Assembly (NCBI RefSeq): GCF_001186125.1
Contig: NW_014040533.1
Span: 45,188-83,252, forward strand
Direction: 5' to 3'
Source of the DNA: Sphaeroforma arctica JP610
Lineage: Eukaryota
Length of the DNA stretch: 38,065 nt
In this document: positions 27,576-38,065 of the stretch, piece after piece
Layout of the letters: each line of letters begins with the position of its first letter
How positions within the stretch are numbered: position 1 is the stretch's first letter
Notes under the pieces: generated by a model
Database searches by the model: none
What the model was told of the DNA's origin: nothing
What the model saw: the letters and a program-made list of their open reading frames with translations, nothing else
Position numbers and translations under genes: made by a program

Positions 27576-28029
27576 GTTGGACTAAGAGGTATTTTATTGG
27601 TTAGTTTGATTCGGTAATTGTTTCGAGGCGTGAAATGTAAACTATGCGTCCAATGAAATGATATCTAGTCTTAGTAACTAAAGCATAAATAAATCTAGAC
27701 CGAAGTAGTGAGTGGTTAGAGCGGAGCATATAGACAATAGTCTAAGTCTAAAATCCCCGAGTCATTTGCTCATTACCAAGGGCTGAAGCTAAACTTATTT
27801 AACATTTTGCATTTTAACGTATTAACGTATTTTCTTAGTAACGTAAACGTCTTGGTATCGTACAGTCAGCCTAGAGGGGACCGACTTTTACATACATTTG
27901 TACATTTGTCCATAGCGGCAAGTCTTCCCCAACCTCCAACCACATATTTTCACCCAATATCGTTGAAGCGCCCAGCAGCGCCATCAGTAGCCGTCCACCT
28001 AACCCTTCCGCACCACAAGTGTCCACCGG

Positions 28030-28480
28030 ACTAACCACGACAAATTGTCAGAACGCGAGCATTGTATTTACATCGTTCTCAGGAGCTTTCAAGCCGTGCA
28101 GATATAAATACAAATACAAACCAGGTTGTCGACCCACGTGTCGACGGTTTCTGTATCAATGGTATTGTCCGCCTATATTCATTTACTTACCGGAGCACGA
28201 AGTTAGATTCGGCACAGCGCCGCTACCATATTGTCGACCTCGAGACTATGGCCATTGCCTACGGGGTGGATAAAGACGAGATGACATTAACGGCTAATTA
28301 CAATCCACTCTTTATTTGGACCGACCACGAAAGCGTCCTTCCTTTTTCATCTAAGTATGAAGTTCACTGCAACTACTTGTGGCAATCGTCTGCTACAGCT
28401 TGTCCAGAGGGTCTGCCGCACAATTGATCTCGTCATATTCAAGGAGAATGAAATTATACTGCAGATATGCTCCTGTAATA
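28030..28480 (+). pseudogene. Second, stand-alone Ty3-type RNase H-like domain, degenerate
   Basis: YRSTKLDSAQRRYHIVDLETMAIAYGV...FIWTDHESV...HIQGE*NYTADML matches the Ty3 RH consensus (SRKL..AQ.NY...E.E.LAI...TDH..L...HI.G..N..AD.L). QNAS in an adjacent frame may be the TDAS equivalent. Confidence 0.7.
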
Positions 28481-28507
28481 AGCCGGGCCTCCACATTAGA
28501 CTCTATG

Positions 28508-28618
28508 TATAAACGTACTCTTAAGCAGTACGCAAATTATAAACGTACTCTTAAAAGTACGAGGAACTTAAGTTTCCTAATTGTACTCTTAATAGTACGA
28601 GGAACTTAAGTTTCCTAA
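28508..28618. repeat. Short tandem array of palindromic units
   Basis: TATAAACGTACTCTTAA occurs twice (period 30). GTACTCTTAAwAGTACGAGGAACTTAAGTTTCCTAA occurs twice (28545, 28583; period 38). Units contain GTACT...AGTAC and AGGAA...TTCCT hairpins. Confidence 0.85.
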
Positions 28619-28796
28619 AATGGTTTTTAATGATTTTATTAATTAAACCTTTTCCATTTAACATATCAGATGTTTGGATGAGGCCATTAAAAGGCCTCAG
28701 TAAAATACCAAACATAAAAGAGTTGGTCTAGTCCTATTAATAGAGCGTTATTTACTTTCCAATTTTATTTATATCTGAATACTTCGGTAGCGAGAT

Positions 28797-28980
28797 GGCT
28801 CAACCGAATATAGGTTTCTAGGGACTATTAACGTTACCTAGTTGATCCTCCGATAAGCCAACCAGATGTGCCAGTCTGATGAAGGCTAAGTCGGTAATTC
28901 TTGATAGTGGCAAGTTATTGGTAAAGACAATAACTAAGGACGTCAAGAGTATTTTTATTTTTATTTTATTTTTTCTAAAG
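28797..28980 (+). other. Structured RNA-like module, copy 2
   Basis: Stems TCAAC/GTTGA, TAGGT/ACCTA, CCGAT/GTCGG, AGTCT/AGGCT, TTCTTGA/TCAAGAG and AGTTATTG/CAATAACT; core AGCCAACCAGATGTGCC; followed by a U-rich tract. Confidence 0.55.
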
Positions 28981-29387
28981 ATAGGATTTTATGAGTCTCT
29001 CGGATTCGCCCCAGAATAGAGCGACAACGAAACACTAAATAAAATCCCTTCGGCGGAAACAGTACTGAGAGGATTATGTATAGGCAATGTCTCAGCCTCA
29101 CAATCCCTCAGAGTATTGCTGTTTTCACGAGACAAACCTAACTTTATTAAACGTCTCATTTCGTTTATTTATATCGATATTTACACGATATTTAGAATTT
29201 ACCTACGCGTTTATTTATTCTAAGGCATTAGTATCGCCTTTATTAGACCGAATCTTACACATTTTAAAGTTAGCAAAAGTAATAATTACTTAGACTACTT
29301 AAGCGTAAAGGTAAGTTAACTACCACATCATTTTCTCTTGTCTAAGCTAGTCGCTAAGAGACAAGCTAGTAGTCATAAGTTAAGATT

Positions 29388-30486
29388 ATGACCAAGAAAG
29401 ACAACACTCCTTCTAAGAAGCGTAGAGCTGAAAAGAAGAAGATGGAGAGAGAAGTCACTAGCGCTGCCGCAGCTGTTGCTGCTGCAAAAGCTACCGACGC
29501 CGCTGCTGATGCATTTAAGCGCACTGTAGCCAAAGTACTTGCCTCTGACAATTATAGTCAAAAGGACAATGCTTCAGATAAGTGACGAAAATCAGAAAGG
29601 AAAGTCCCCAATTATGAGGGCGTCCCCAATTATAGGGGACAAGGACAAATCTCAGAAGGAACCTATTATGGAACCAGAAGTGGAGGCAAGCTCAAGTAGC
29701 AATGATGAGCAAATCAAGTGTCATATCGGTAGCCCCGGGGACCATAGCCATATTGGCATTGTAAATTTACTCGTGACTGTAACTCGAATGTTCCTACTGT
29801 TATTAATGTACCGCCTTATACTCTGGTAACTAACCGTACCTCTCACTATGCTGCAAATAAGCATTTGGTAACAACTCAATAAGGATCTGTCTGCTGGGCA
29901 ACAATCAAATACGCTTATTCTCGTATTTACTGCCTGTGATTTCGACGTTTGAGAGCGTAATCGTAAGGCCCAGTGGTCTCAGGCAACACAAGCAAATGAA
30001 CATCATTCCGATGCACCAATGACTGCTGTCGGCCGCCGTGTGATGTATAAACTCAAACCATCACCATTCTCTGCCAGAACACCTTGGGGGAGTCCGGCCG
30101 TTATCCGTGGGCTACAACCCCCAGTTATGCATTATATTCAAGAATATAATACTGCCAAACTATACCGCTTCCGCAGATCTAAATTTGAGGAGTATACGAA
30201 ACCAGGTGACATCCCTACCCCTGTTGCCCGTAATACTCGGGCTACATCAATCTATACAAATTGGCCTTTCCCTGACAGCCCCTTCTGTATTTCTACCGCA
30301 TCGGCTAAAGCCACACTTGCTGCTGCTTTTAAGAACTGGCCTGCCGCTATCCTTTTCCAGTATAAGTTTAATGTCGCCCTCAAGATATATTTATCCCATT
30401 GTGTTATTCACAAACGAACCCCTGGAAATATTGATCTTACCCACGCTGATATGGAATTCCTCTGTGAACACTTCTCTGCTACATGA
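29388..30486 (+). pseudogene. Additional orphan ORF between pol and the 3' LTR (env position), disrupted
   Basis: Begins MTKKDNTPSKKRRAEKKK (NLS-like) then a poly-Ala helix, with a frameshift near 29580. The final 155-aa segment (30019-30486) is globular-looking with no TM or fusion peptide. Confidence 0.5.
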
Positions 30487-30679
30487 CTCCCTACCCTTAA
30501 GTCTGCTATGTCATGTGCCTATAGATAGTATCTACTAGTGCTGATTACCGTGCTTCCCAGAATTGACCTGGCATGATAAGTTCCTGGCCTCCGAGGTTAC
30601 ACCTTAGATACAAGTCTACTATTTTACTCCTCTGCTCACGTGCTAAATAAGTTCCTGGTATACAGAACGTATGGGGGGT

Positions 30680-30936
30680 TGTAAACCCTCGGGCCTGACA
30701 CGAGTAAACTCAACGCACACACGGAAGTAAAACCGACAGTCTTGACCACCTCGCACTAATTGCACGCCAAAACCAATAGCCCCAACCAGAACCGTATAGT
30801 TTCAGGAATCGTGTAGATACGCTAGGTCGGTTGGTCGCTAGTTCACTTTACTACAGCGAAGCTTTGCGACCAGCTTAAGTTTAATAAACATTGCCTGTTT
30901 CAGTTCCTACTTTCTTCGAACCTCATAGGCTTTACA
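30680..30936 (+). repeat. 3' long terminal repeat (257 bp) preceded by a polypurine tract
   Basis: GGGGGG at 30673-30678, then TGTAAA...TTTACA inverted termini, with AATAAA at 30883-30888. No second copy seen in the window. Confidence 0.75.
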
Positions 30937-31079
30937 AAACTCTGAAAGTTAAAAATCATCTGCTTGACAAGGGTGCGATGTTCGACTGTATTTTATTCAT
31001 TTATTATAATGTTGTTTTTTTCACATAGTTTATTTATTGGATCATTCAATATGTGGTACAAAGAAGTTTGATCGTACCC

Positions 31080-32560
31080 CTTCAAGGATGATACAATCAT
31101 CCAATGTTTCAACTAGATCACACTATTGCATGCGCTGTGCGTCGAGGCGAAGCCGGTACCGTGTGCTTGGCTAAGGCTAGTTGCTGAGTCGTTGGATGCC
31201 GTGGGCGTTGAGTTTCCCGGATTGTTTGGAAATCCCTTTTCGTTAGTATGCGGTGTTAAGAACCGCTAAAGATATATAAGCCTCGTAGATAAGAAAGGCT
31301 ATCAAATAACCGGATCCGCGCCCCAGCTTTCCAATTAGAAAAAAATATGATGAAAACTTTACAGGGCGGGTGCGAGTGGAAGAGAAGGAAATAAGATTAA
31401 ATATCGCAACCACGATCTCTTGACTTTTTACCAATCCTGCCAAGGGATGATATTCTTAAGACGTGTTCGGTGAATGGGAAGTAATTACAAACTATCTGAC
31501 GGTGTATGCTTCCAAATTACTTATTAATGATATTTTTGAATTAAAAGAAAATAGCAAGCATCTCCCGTCATATTTTGGTAATTACTCCCGTTTATCGAAT
31601 TTGCGAAGAACATTTCGAGAAAAGTGTTGTTTCTTCTAACATCAATGTAGCATCTAGGGACCAGGTTATCAAAAAGCCAATACAAATCCCAAAACCTCGG
31701 AATCATAAAATATTGAATTTTGGAATTAGGATTCGAATATTCCTTATATTAGAGTCATCAGAAATATGGTTAGCGGTAGAACCGATAAGCTATACCGGGA
31801 CTCCGCGTGTGAGAGAAACACTCAAGTAGAAGCCCGAGAAACATAAAAATAATTAATTTTCCTCTTCAGGATACTGTACAAGATGACTCACAGTACAAAG
31901 GCTGAAGGCAATAAACGGTTCACGGGTCATAATGTAGTGTAGAGAGTAGCTGAAAGGTACGACTCTGAATTAAAATCAATAGAAGTAGAACTAACAATAC
32001 TTAGCAAAATCCCCCTACGTTTAGACAATACCATATAAGATATCGATATCTTATTTATTTATAACATACTCCGAAGCATGCTATGATAATATCATAGCCT
32101 CCACCGCCAACTTTAACCCTGTGGTAAAATAGCGAGAAAAAAAAGGCAGGATGTGGTTTAAAACTGAAGCAATAAGGTATGGAAATACGCATATACTTTT
32201 TATCGGTTTTGTGACTCAACATTTGTTCGCTTGGCATTTCCAGTTTCACCCGTTTGTTGGTGTATACGCTTACGCGTCATGGACTTTTGAAGTTTCTCTT
32301 TGAAAGGAGAAGACTCGAACTCAAGTCATGGATAAAAAAGCTTTGCAATTTTATCAGCTTGAGGAAAGAGTTTATCTTAATCTTCCTGGTTTTTATGTAG
32401 GCATTTACGCTATTTCTTATTGATTCTCTAACTGATCAGGATTTCCAAAATCCGATGACGTAATGCACAAATGTCGTACTATATAGGCTCCGTTATCGGA
32501 TCCTATACCCCAAGATTCTCTTGAACTCATGTTGTTAGTATTTCGTATGTAAGGCCGATC
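31080..32560 (-). mobile_element. Heavily decayed non-LTR (LINE-like) ORF2 C-terminal remnant
   Basis: Correctly ordered weak motifs on the - strand: EFKRILGYRI (YLG-like), KIAKLFYP, LFYHRVKVGGGGY (LY.P...GGLG-like) and CDLVETLDD (zinc-knuckle-like). Many stops and frameshifts. Confidence 0.35.
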
Positions 32561-32989
32561 GTACGAGATAAGCTCACATTAGTGTGCTTGGCCCGTCTAC
32601 ATTATCAATTTTATAGGTGTCTGATTATTTGTCATGAACAAAGAGTACATAAGAACCTATATAGTAAGAATATAACTTACCAGTGTCCAAAGATCTCTAT
32701 ATTATGTTAACATAATAGCTGTTGTGTTGTATTGGGTGTGTGTATGTGTGTGTTGTGTATGCGTGTGTGTTTTATGTCAATACGTTTAGTCGATCAGGTC
32801 CATCTTGGCAAATCTGTGCTTGCCTGGGTCACAGCCGCAGTCATTCAAAAGCTGAATCATTTCCTCGATTTCTTTCTGAGTTTTGCCCCATGTACCCCAT
32901 AAATTTTTCATTATCTTTTTCTGCAAGGGAAACTGCGGCGCTACATAAAGACTCTGGTCAAAGCCACAGTCGCCATCTGAATAACGCTG

Positions 32990-33430
32990 GGGAGGGCGAG
33001 GAGACGAAGGTGGTGGTCGCGGTGTACAACAGTCGTTACCACGTGGGATATATAGTGGCTGCACTGGCGAAGATCAACGCCTCTTTCAGATAATGACATC
33101 CCCATCTCACCGACTATAGCACAGGAGTTGAAGCGTCAAATACAGAGGTATCTTGGCAAGAACGATTCGAGAAGATAGAAAAGGCTATTACATTTCAACT
33201 AGACACAACATGCCCATTACAAGAAAGACAAATGCGAGCTTTATTCTAGATCATAAACCAGCAACGGCCGAAGACGCATCCCAAGGATGCCTACTGCAGT
33301 GGGTAGACGGGAAAGAACGTGGACACGCGAGAATGACAGAGCGCGACAACATACTCGACACAAACGCACAGACAGCACTAACAACAACGACATCGCCACA
33401 AACAATGGAATACCACGCCAATCAAAATTA
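32990..33430 (+). mobile_element. Decayed Ty3-type integrase C-terminus/chromodomain fragment
   Basis: VVAVYNSRYH (AYN..H motif), LTDYS...SWQERFEKI and FILDHK...LLQWVDG in shifting frames. Confidence 0.35.
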
Positions 33431-34063
33431 ACATTGAATTGAAAATTTGGAGTCGTAAATGTCAAATACTTCCTCAATTCTATGATACTTCCAAATGCAA
33501 AAGATCTATACTAAATCAATGATTGTTATCCAGTCTATCTTCTGTACCTATCGCCAAATATTCTACTGATCCATGGCCGGAGCGCTTTACTTGTCCCAAA
33601 CAGTTGTTATGGGTTGCAGAAGCTCACTGATACCCGCGTATGGATTTGATAACTTTCCCCTGATTGCGGATTACATGCTCTCATTTTGTCCACAAACAAA
33701 TCGAGCATCTTGCGTGTAATGTAAGATGGAAAAGGTGTATGTTCGTTCGTAGGTTCGATTAATTGGTCTTGGTATTTTGCAACCTAAGCAAACTATTTAA
33801 ACCCCCACCCAAACAGAATCTCGACTTTAACGGGTCCAGCAGATGTGGTACATTTTTGTTTTTTGTTACTGTGAATAAAATGACTAAATTCACGGCTAAA
33901 AAGATTTCTACATGGTCAAAGAAAACCAAACTGGTGTGGTGAAATTCATGCGTGAGCTGGGATTCGCATGAAATCCCGTTGCGTACTACAGCGGATACTG
34001 ACTTTTGTTTTTGGCACTAGTCTTTGCAGAGTTTGCCCTGGACTTTTCATACCCGCCTAAGTA

Positions 34064-34474
34064 CTATCGAGCACCAAGAAGATAACAAGCGCGCCGAACG
34101 AGCAATATGTACCATTCTAGAATAGACAGCACCTGTGAATATCTAGTGCATCTCATGACTGAGACCGGAACGTGTATAGCATCACACTTGTCTACACTGC
34201 TACAATCATCCCCCGAATCTGGATTATCACTTTCTTCCCACATCTGGGTAGGATGTTTATAACGGACCATAGCGTCCTTCGCTGTAAATTTAAATGGGAG
34301 AGACATGCTACTCAATGATTCGGTCTTATATGTTTTGGTTCGTGGCAAGGTTGCGCTACACTCGGACGTACGCCGGTGAGTCTCATAGCAGCTACATGTA
34401 GACAGTAATCGTGTCCAGTCACTGCGTATACTGTTGTAGCATTGCCCACAGTCTCGAAGGATATTGACAATCAT
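34064..34474 (-). other. Possible exon or ORF of unknown function
   Basis: 136-codon open frame with no recognisable motif. It could be a downstream exon of the zinc-finger gene; the splice link is not established. Confidence 0.2.
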
Positions 34475-34613
34475 AAGCTCCTTATAAAGTGCTCTTACCA
34501 GTTACGGTAGCAAGATATGAACGGTATGTAATGCGTCAGTTTTGATACAAAGCAAACGGGATACTGTTTCACAGAATGTATGTGATAGTTTATCTTTAAA
34601 AAAAACATACTTG

Positions 34614-34736
34614 CGAGACTTGGTTAGTGGCTGTCAGCTATATGAATGCCAAACCTCTACTTCCTATATTATAAAGAACATATTTACGAGACTTGGTTAG
34701 TGACTGCCGACTATATGAAGGCCAAACTTCTACTCC
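34614..34736. repeat. Imperfect 50-bp direct repeat (2 copies, period 73)
   Basis: CGAGACTTGGTTAGTGGCTGTCAGCTATATGAATGCCAAACCTCTACT versus CGAGACTTGGTTAGTGACTGCCGACTATATGAAGGCCAAACTTCTACT. Confidence 0.85.
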
Positions 34737-35197
34737 TCGTTCTTCAGTAAGTCAGCTGCAGAGCTTGTCCACGTTACGTGTTCATTGCTGTTGTCGATGA
34801 GACATACATCGCTCAATCACATGTTGGTCGATATCGCTATGTTATAGTTCACTCTCTACTAAGCTCGGATAATTGACGCTCTGACGCAAAGCGGTAAACT
34901 CTCTTGCTCATTCGCAAATGTGTATGATTAGACAAATATGGTTTGATAAATTCTTGTTGGTCACCCAGATGCATAAGTGGAAAAGTAATATGGTTATTCT
35001 TTTTCTCGCTTATGTCTATATATATGAGAGAGAGTCGTACAGAAATATTGCATATTTAGTTGTGTATCAGTTACTACTTTGCAATTGTCGCGCCCTTGTA
35101 TACTATGAAAGTCTTTTACAAACTTCTCTGTTTCCTGGTCATCCAGGTGCGTAAGAAAAAAAAGATGATAATATGGGTATTGTTTTTCTCGCGTATG

Positions 35198-35252
<55 letters not shown>
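35198..35252. repeat. (GA)n microsatellite
   Basis: Direct inspection. Confidence 0.95.
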
Positions 35253-35255
<3 letters not shown>

Positions 35256-36316
35256 ATATTGTAAAATACACGCCCTACCCCACCCCTTATAATCTAAGTA
35301 AGAAGCGAAGTGTATTCATAGGACAGAATGAATTTTATCGGCATATGCGCTGGCTCGCCTGTTTCGCGCTCTGGCGTGGTCTCATTATTATCCTTCTTTG
35401 CGATCGTAATTGACACAGTCGGGGTTATGTTCGGATCAATTGATCTGCGTATTGTAATAATTCAGCTTGAGAAATAACTTATTCGAACAATAGGAATTCT
35501 TGCATTGCGCTAACTATGCAAGACAAGCTTGCCTCTACCCTAGCCGTTTTATCGGGTACTTGATTGCTGAGATCATCAGAAGGGGAGGAGGATCAATATC
35601 CAAATCCAGCATCTCTAGCTAATGCTGGGTAAATAAGACGTAATCTTGCCTCGGTAATGCCAAACATTAAAACATTGTCTATGCAATCGAAGGAGTCGAG
35701 AAACTGTCTTTGTACAAGTTGCAGAGGTTTCTTTATTGCGCCATACTCCTTCAGTGTACAAAGCCACGAGTCGCAGTTGAGCACAGGTAATCGTTAGAAC
35801 CAGCACTGCGAATTCGGCATCAAGTTTTACCAAAAAGTTTGTTGTCCAAGATTACGTTGCTTATTTACTAGACTTCAATTTAATATCCACGTGTTTCGTC
35901 GAGGCACATGTATAATATACTGAACATTAGCAGGAAGCGACGGAAAGCAGACTTAATCATTTTCGTCAATTTTCAATTCTGGAACATAATAGCGGTACAA
36001 TACTACTATATATAAAGCTACAGCAAACTGTCTAACATGCACATAGGTTATAAAATACATCGGGAACGAACAAAGAAGTAATAACTTCCGCAAGTGTATT
36101 GGTGTACGTATCTGAAATATAAAATCTCAGATTTTTTTCTTCTTCAATATATTGCACCGACAAATTGATCAACTAATAGTCAAAAACGCAAAAATGTAAG
36201 CGTATCGTGATCTATCACTATGCGATGCGTTAGCAAGGACTCGTAAACCAAATGACATACGCCGCTAAAACCCTTCAATAATACGACCCGTGATTTATGT
36301 CTCAAACTAAACGTTC

Positions 36317-37891
36317 TTATATTCCTGGAGTGTATGTTAGCATTATAGAAATACATGCAACAGGATTGTATAGTCCGGTGTAGTAAGCCATGAATGCCAC
36401 GGCTATCCCGGACGAAATGAACTGGTCCCTCATTTGGCGGTATTCTTGCCGTTGAGAACCTTTGGGGTCTGCATGGTCCAGGACGTGGATAATCGCCGTT
36501 TCGTCTTCTACGAGGACTTTGGTACACTCTGGCACGGGACAAACACAGTGTCGCGTGTCCTTGTGGTGCAACTCCCAGTGGGCATTCAGGGCATTGCTAT
36601 GCGGGAGGTCCGTCTGAGGCGTGATAGGTGTTTAGGCATATTAGGAAGACACTATTGTCTCTGCATGATTGAACCGAGTAAGTCGCGTCACGAGTTTATT
36701 AAGTTGTTATATTGTGCGTGCGTCAAGTTGTCGGCATCGAATGTATATCGTATATGTCACGAAACATTTACCAAGACACAATCCTGTTTGAATTCGACTC
36801 ACTGTGGACGAGTACCTTTCATGAGTATTCCAACTGAAAGTGAGTGTCAACATATAAGCGACTGTCAACATTATGCGTATATCTTATATGGGGGCCGAAT
36901 GGTCGCGATAATGTGCTCGTCGCGATGACGAAATGAGTGTATGGTATATGTCGAAAGAGAGAGCATCTCAAACAAGATGATTCATATCTAGCAACGATGG
37001 ATGTGAATGCGTACACTTCAGCCAAAACAGACATATATTCTATGTGGGAACTTACTCTACATATAGGGCACTGATAAGCAGCATCTCCGTGATGTGCGAG
37101 GAGATGGTGGATTTTGTACTCTTCTTCACTCCCAAAAGCTCGTCCACACTCGGGCCACGCACAAACATGCACAGCGGCATAGTCCGCGATATCTGATCCC
37201 GAGATTGTCACCCATGCCCTATTTGCCACCCAGCCCTTATTCTTTACCCATCCTCTTTGTAGTACATCAGTTACCCATCCCTTCTCCATCATTCTGTGCG
37301 AGGTTCTGTTCCAAGTGTCACTGGCGGTGTCAGTAATGGGCTATGTATATATGATATTTCGTAAAGGGTGCGCATGTCCACACGGTTGCATGCATATTTC
37401 GCATAAAGTGGCGCATGTTCTCGTACTCCGTCGACACAAATCGTCATTGAACAACGCTCTACTGCGTGAATTTTCGAACACTATGTGTGGCTATATCAAT
37501 ACATTGATATTAGATAAATTCATGTGCTTTCAAATGGCATACACAATTCAAATAGAAACGCTCGGTCCAAAGCTGTACTTGCGCAAAAGACAATCGTACT
37601 CGTGAAACGGTATATTTCTAAATGTTGATGTACTCGGAAGAAAAACAGCATAAAAATCAATTGAAAATCAATTCTACTAGAGTGATCTGCTACAAATGTG
37701 TGCAGACTAACCTCGGGCATAGGAACAACAGGTACATATACCGTTGATATTCAAGCTAAGCCAAAAAAGAAATAAATCATATGTTAGTACTCAAGTAGAC
37801 TAGAAATTCACCAAGTCCAAATCCAAACTAACACGATACTGAAAGAGCCATTTGAGCCGTTCTAACTCTACGTCCGCAATACAAATTGCAG
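36317..37891 (-). CDS. C2H2 zinc-finger protein (3 fingers), multi-exon; both ends uncertain
   Basis: Exons ~37891-37833, 37755-37712, 37320-37056 and 36613-~36317 join in phase. Fingers: CAWPECGRAFGSEEEYKIHHLLAH, CPICR|TDLPHSNALNAHWELH (exact C-x2-C-x12-H-x3-H only after splicing) and CPVPECTKVLVEDETAIIHVLDH. Confidence 0.75.
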
Positions 37892-37986
37892 CTTGCAAAA
37901 TCAATGTCAAGGAAGCAGAAAATTAGACCTTGGAAAACATTGACTAATACACGCTAATTGATCAGATCCGTATCATAGTAATAAAA

Positions 37987-38026
<40 letters not shown>

Positions 38027-38065
38027 CCCTTACACCCTACCCGCCCACCCATATATAAATATATA

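Larger units (their letters stand above)
20299..30936 (+). mobile_element. Decayed Ty3/gypsy-like LTR retrotransposon (gag-PR-RT-RH-MTase-IN-chromo-like, extra 3' ORFs, PPT, 3' LTR); 5' LTR not found
   Basis: Domain order PR-RT-RH-IN; RT YIDD at 23384-23395; integrase HHCC and D,D(35)E; GPF motif; G-run immediately before a TGTAAA...TTTACA LTR. Multiple stops and frameshifts. Confidence 0.9.

Noticed and set aside
28508..28618. CRISPR-like array
   Set aside because: Only 2-3 adjoining units with no unique spacers, no cas genes and a eukaryotic context. The same applies to the two-copy repeat at 34614-34736.
28876..28900. CTGATGA as a hammerhead ribozyme core
   Set aside because: No GAAA follows the putative stem II, and the paralogous module at 27401-27575 lacks CTGATGA.
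20299..30936. Classifying the element as DIRS because of the MTase
   Set aside because: No tyrosine recombinase motifs were seen. It has a protease, a DDE integrase, a PPT and a TG...CA LTR.

Overview
Eukaryotic genomic DNA from an intron-rich (GT-AG) organism with long (TA)n microsatellites. It is probably a non-animal, since it carries a fungal-type lumazine synthase; a unicellular opisthokont is a guess only. The ORF track is fragmented by introns, so I rebuilt genes by hand from splice sites. Host genes: (1) a 14-exon gene of about 1012 aa fusing glutaredoxin, DUF4395, a SLAC1/TehA-type anion channel and a hemerythrin domain (1145-8041, +); (2) a 3-exon lumazine synthase (-); (3) a small single-pass membrane protein (-); (4) a GAF-RGS gene of about 10 exons that the ORF track does not reveal (15046-17922, -); (5) a C2H2 zinc-finger gene at the right end (-). 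The centre (about 20.3-30.9 kb) is a decayed Ty3/gypsy-like LTR retrotransposon with a DDE integrase. Its pol carries an in-frame DIRS-type N6-adenine DNA methyltransferase between RNase H and integrase, plus a nested TG...CA insertion with a 4-bp target-site duplication. Its 3.7-kb 3' extension holds a second RNase H and an orphan ORF, each preceded by a copy of a structured RNA-like module with compensatory base changes. Domain calls come from motif recognition by eye; no searches were run.
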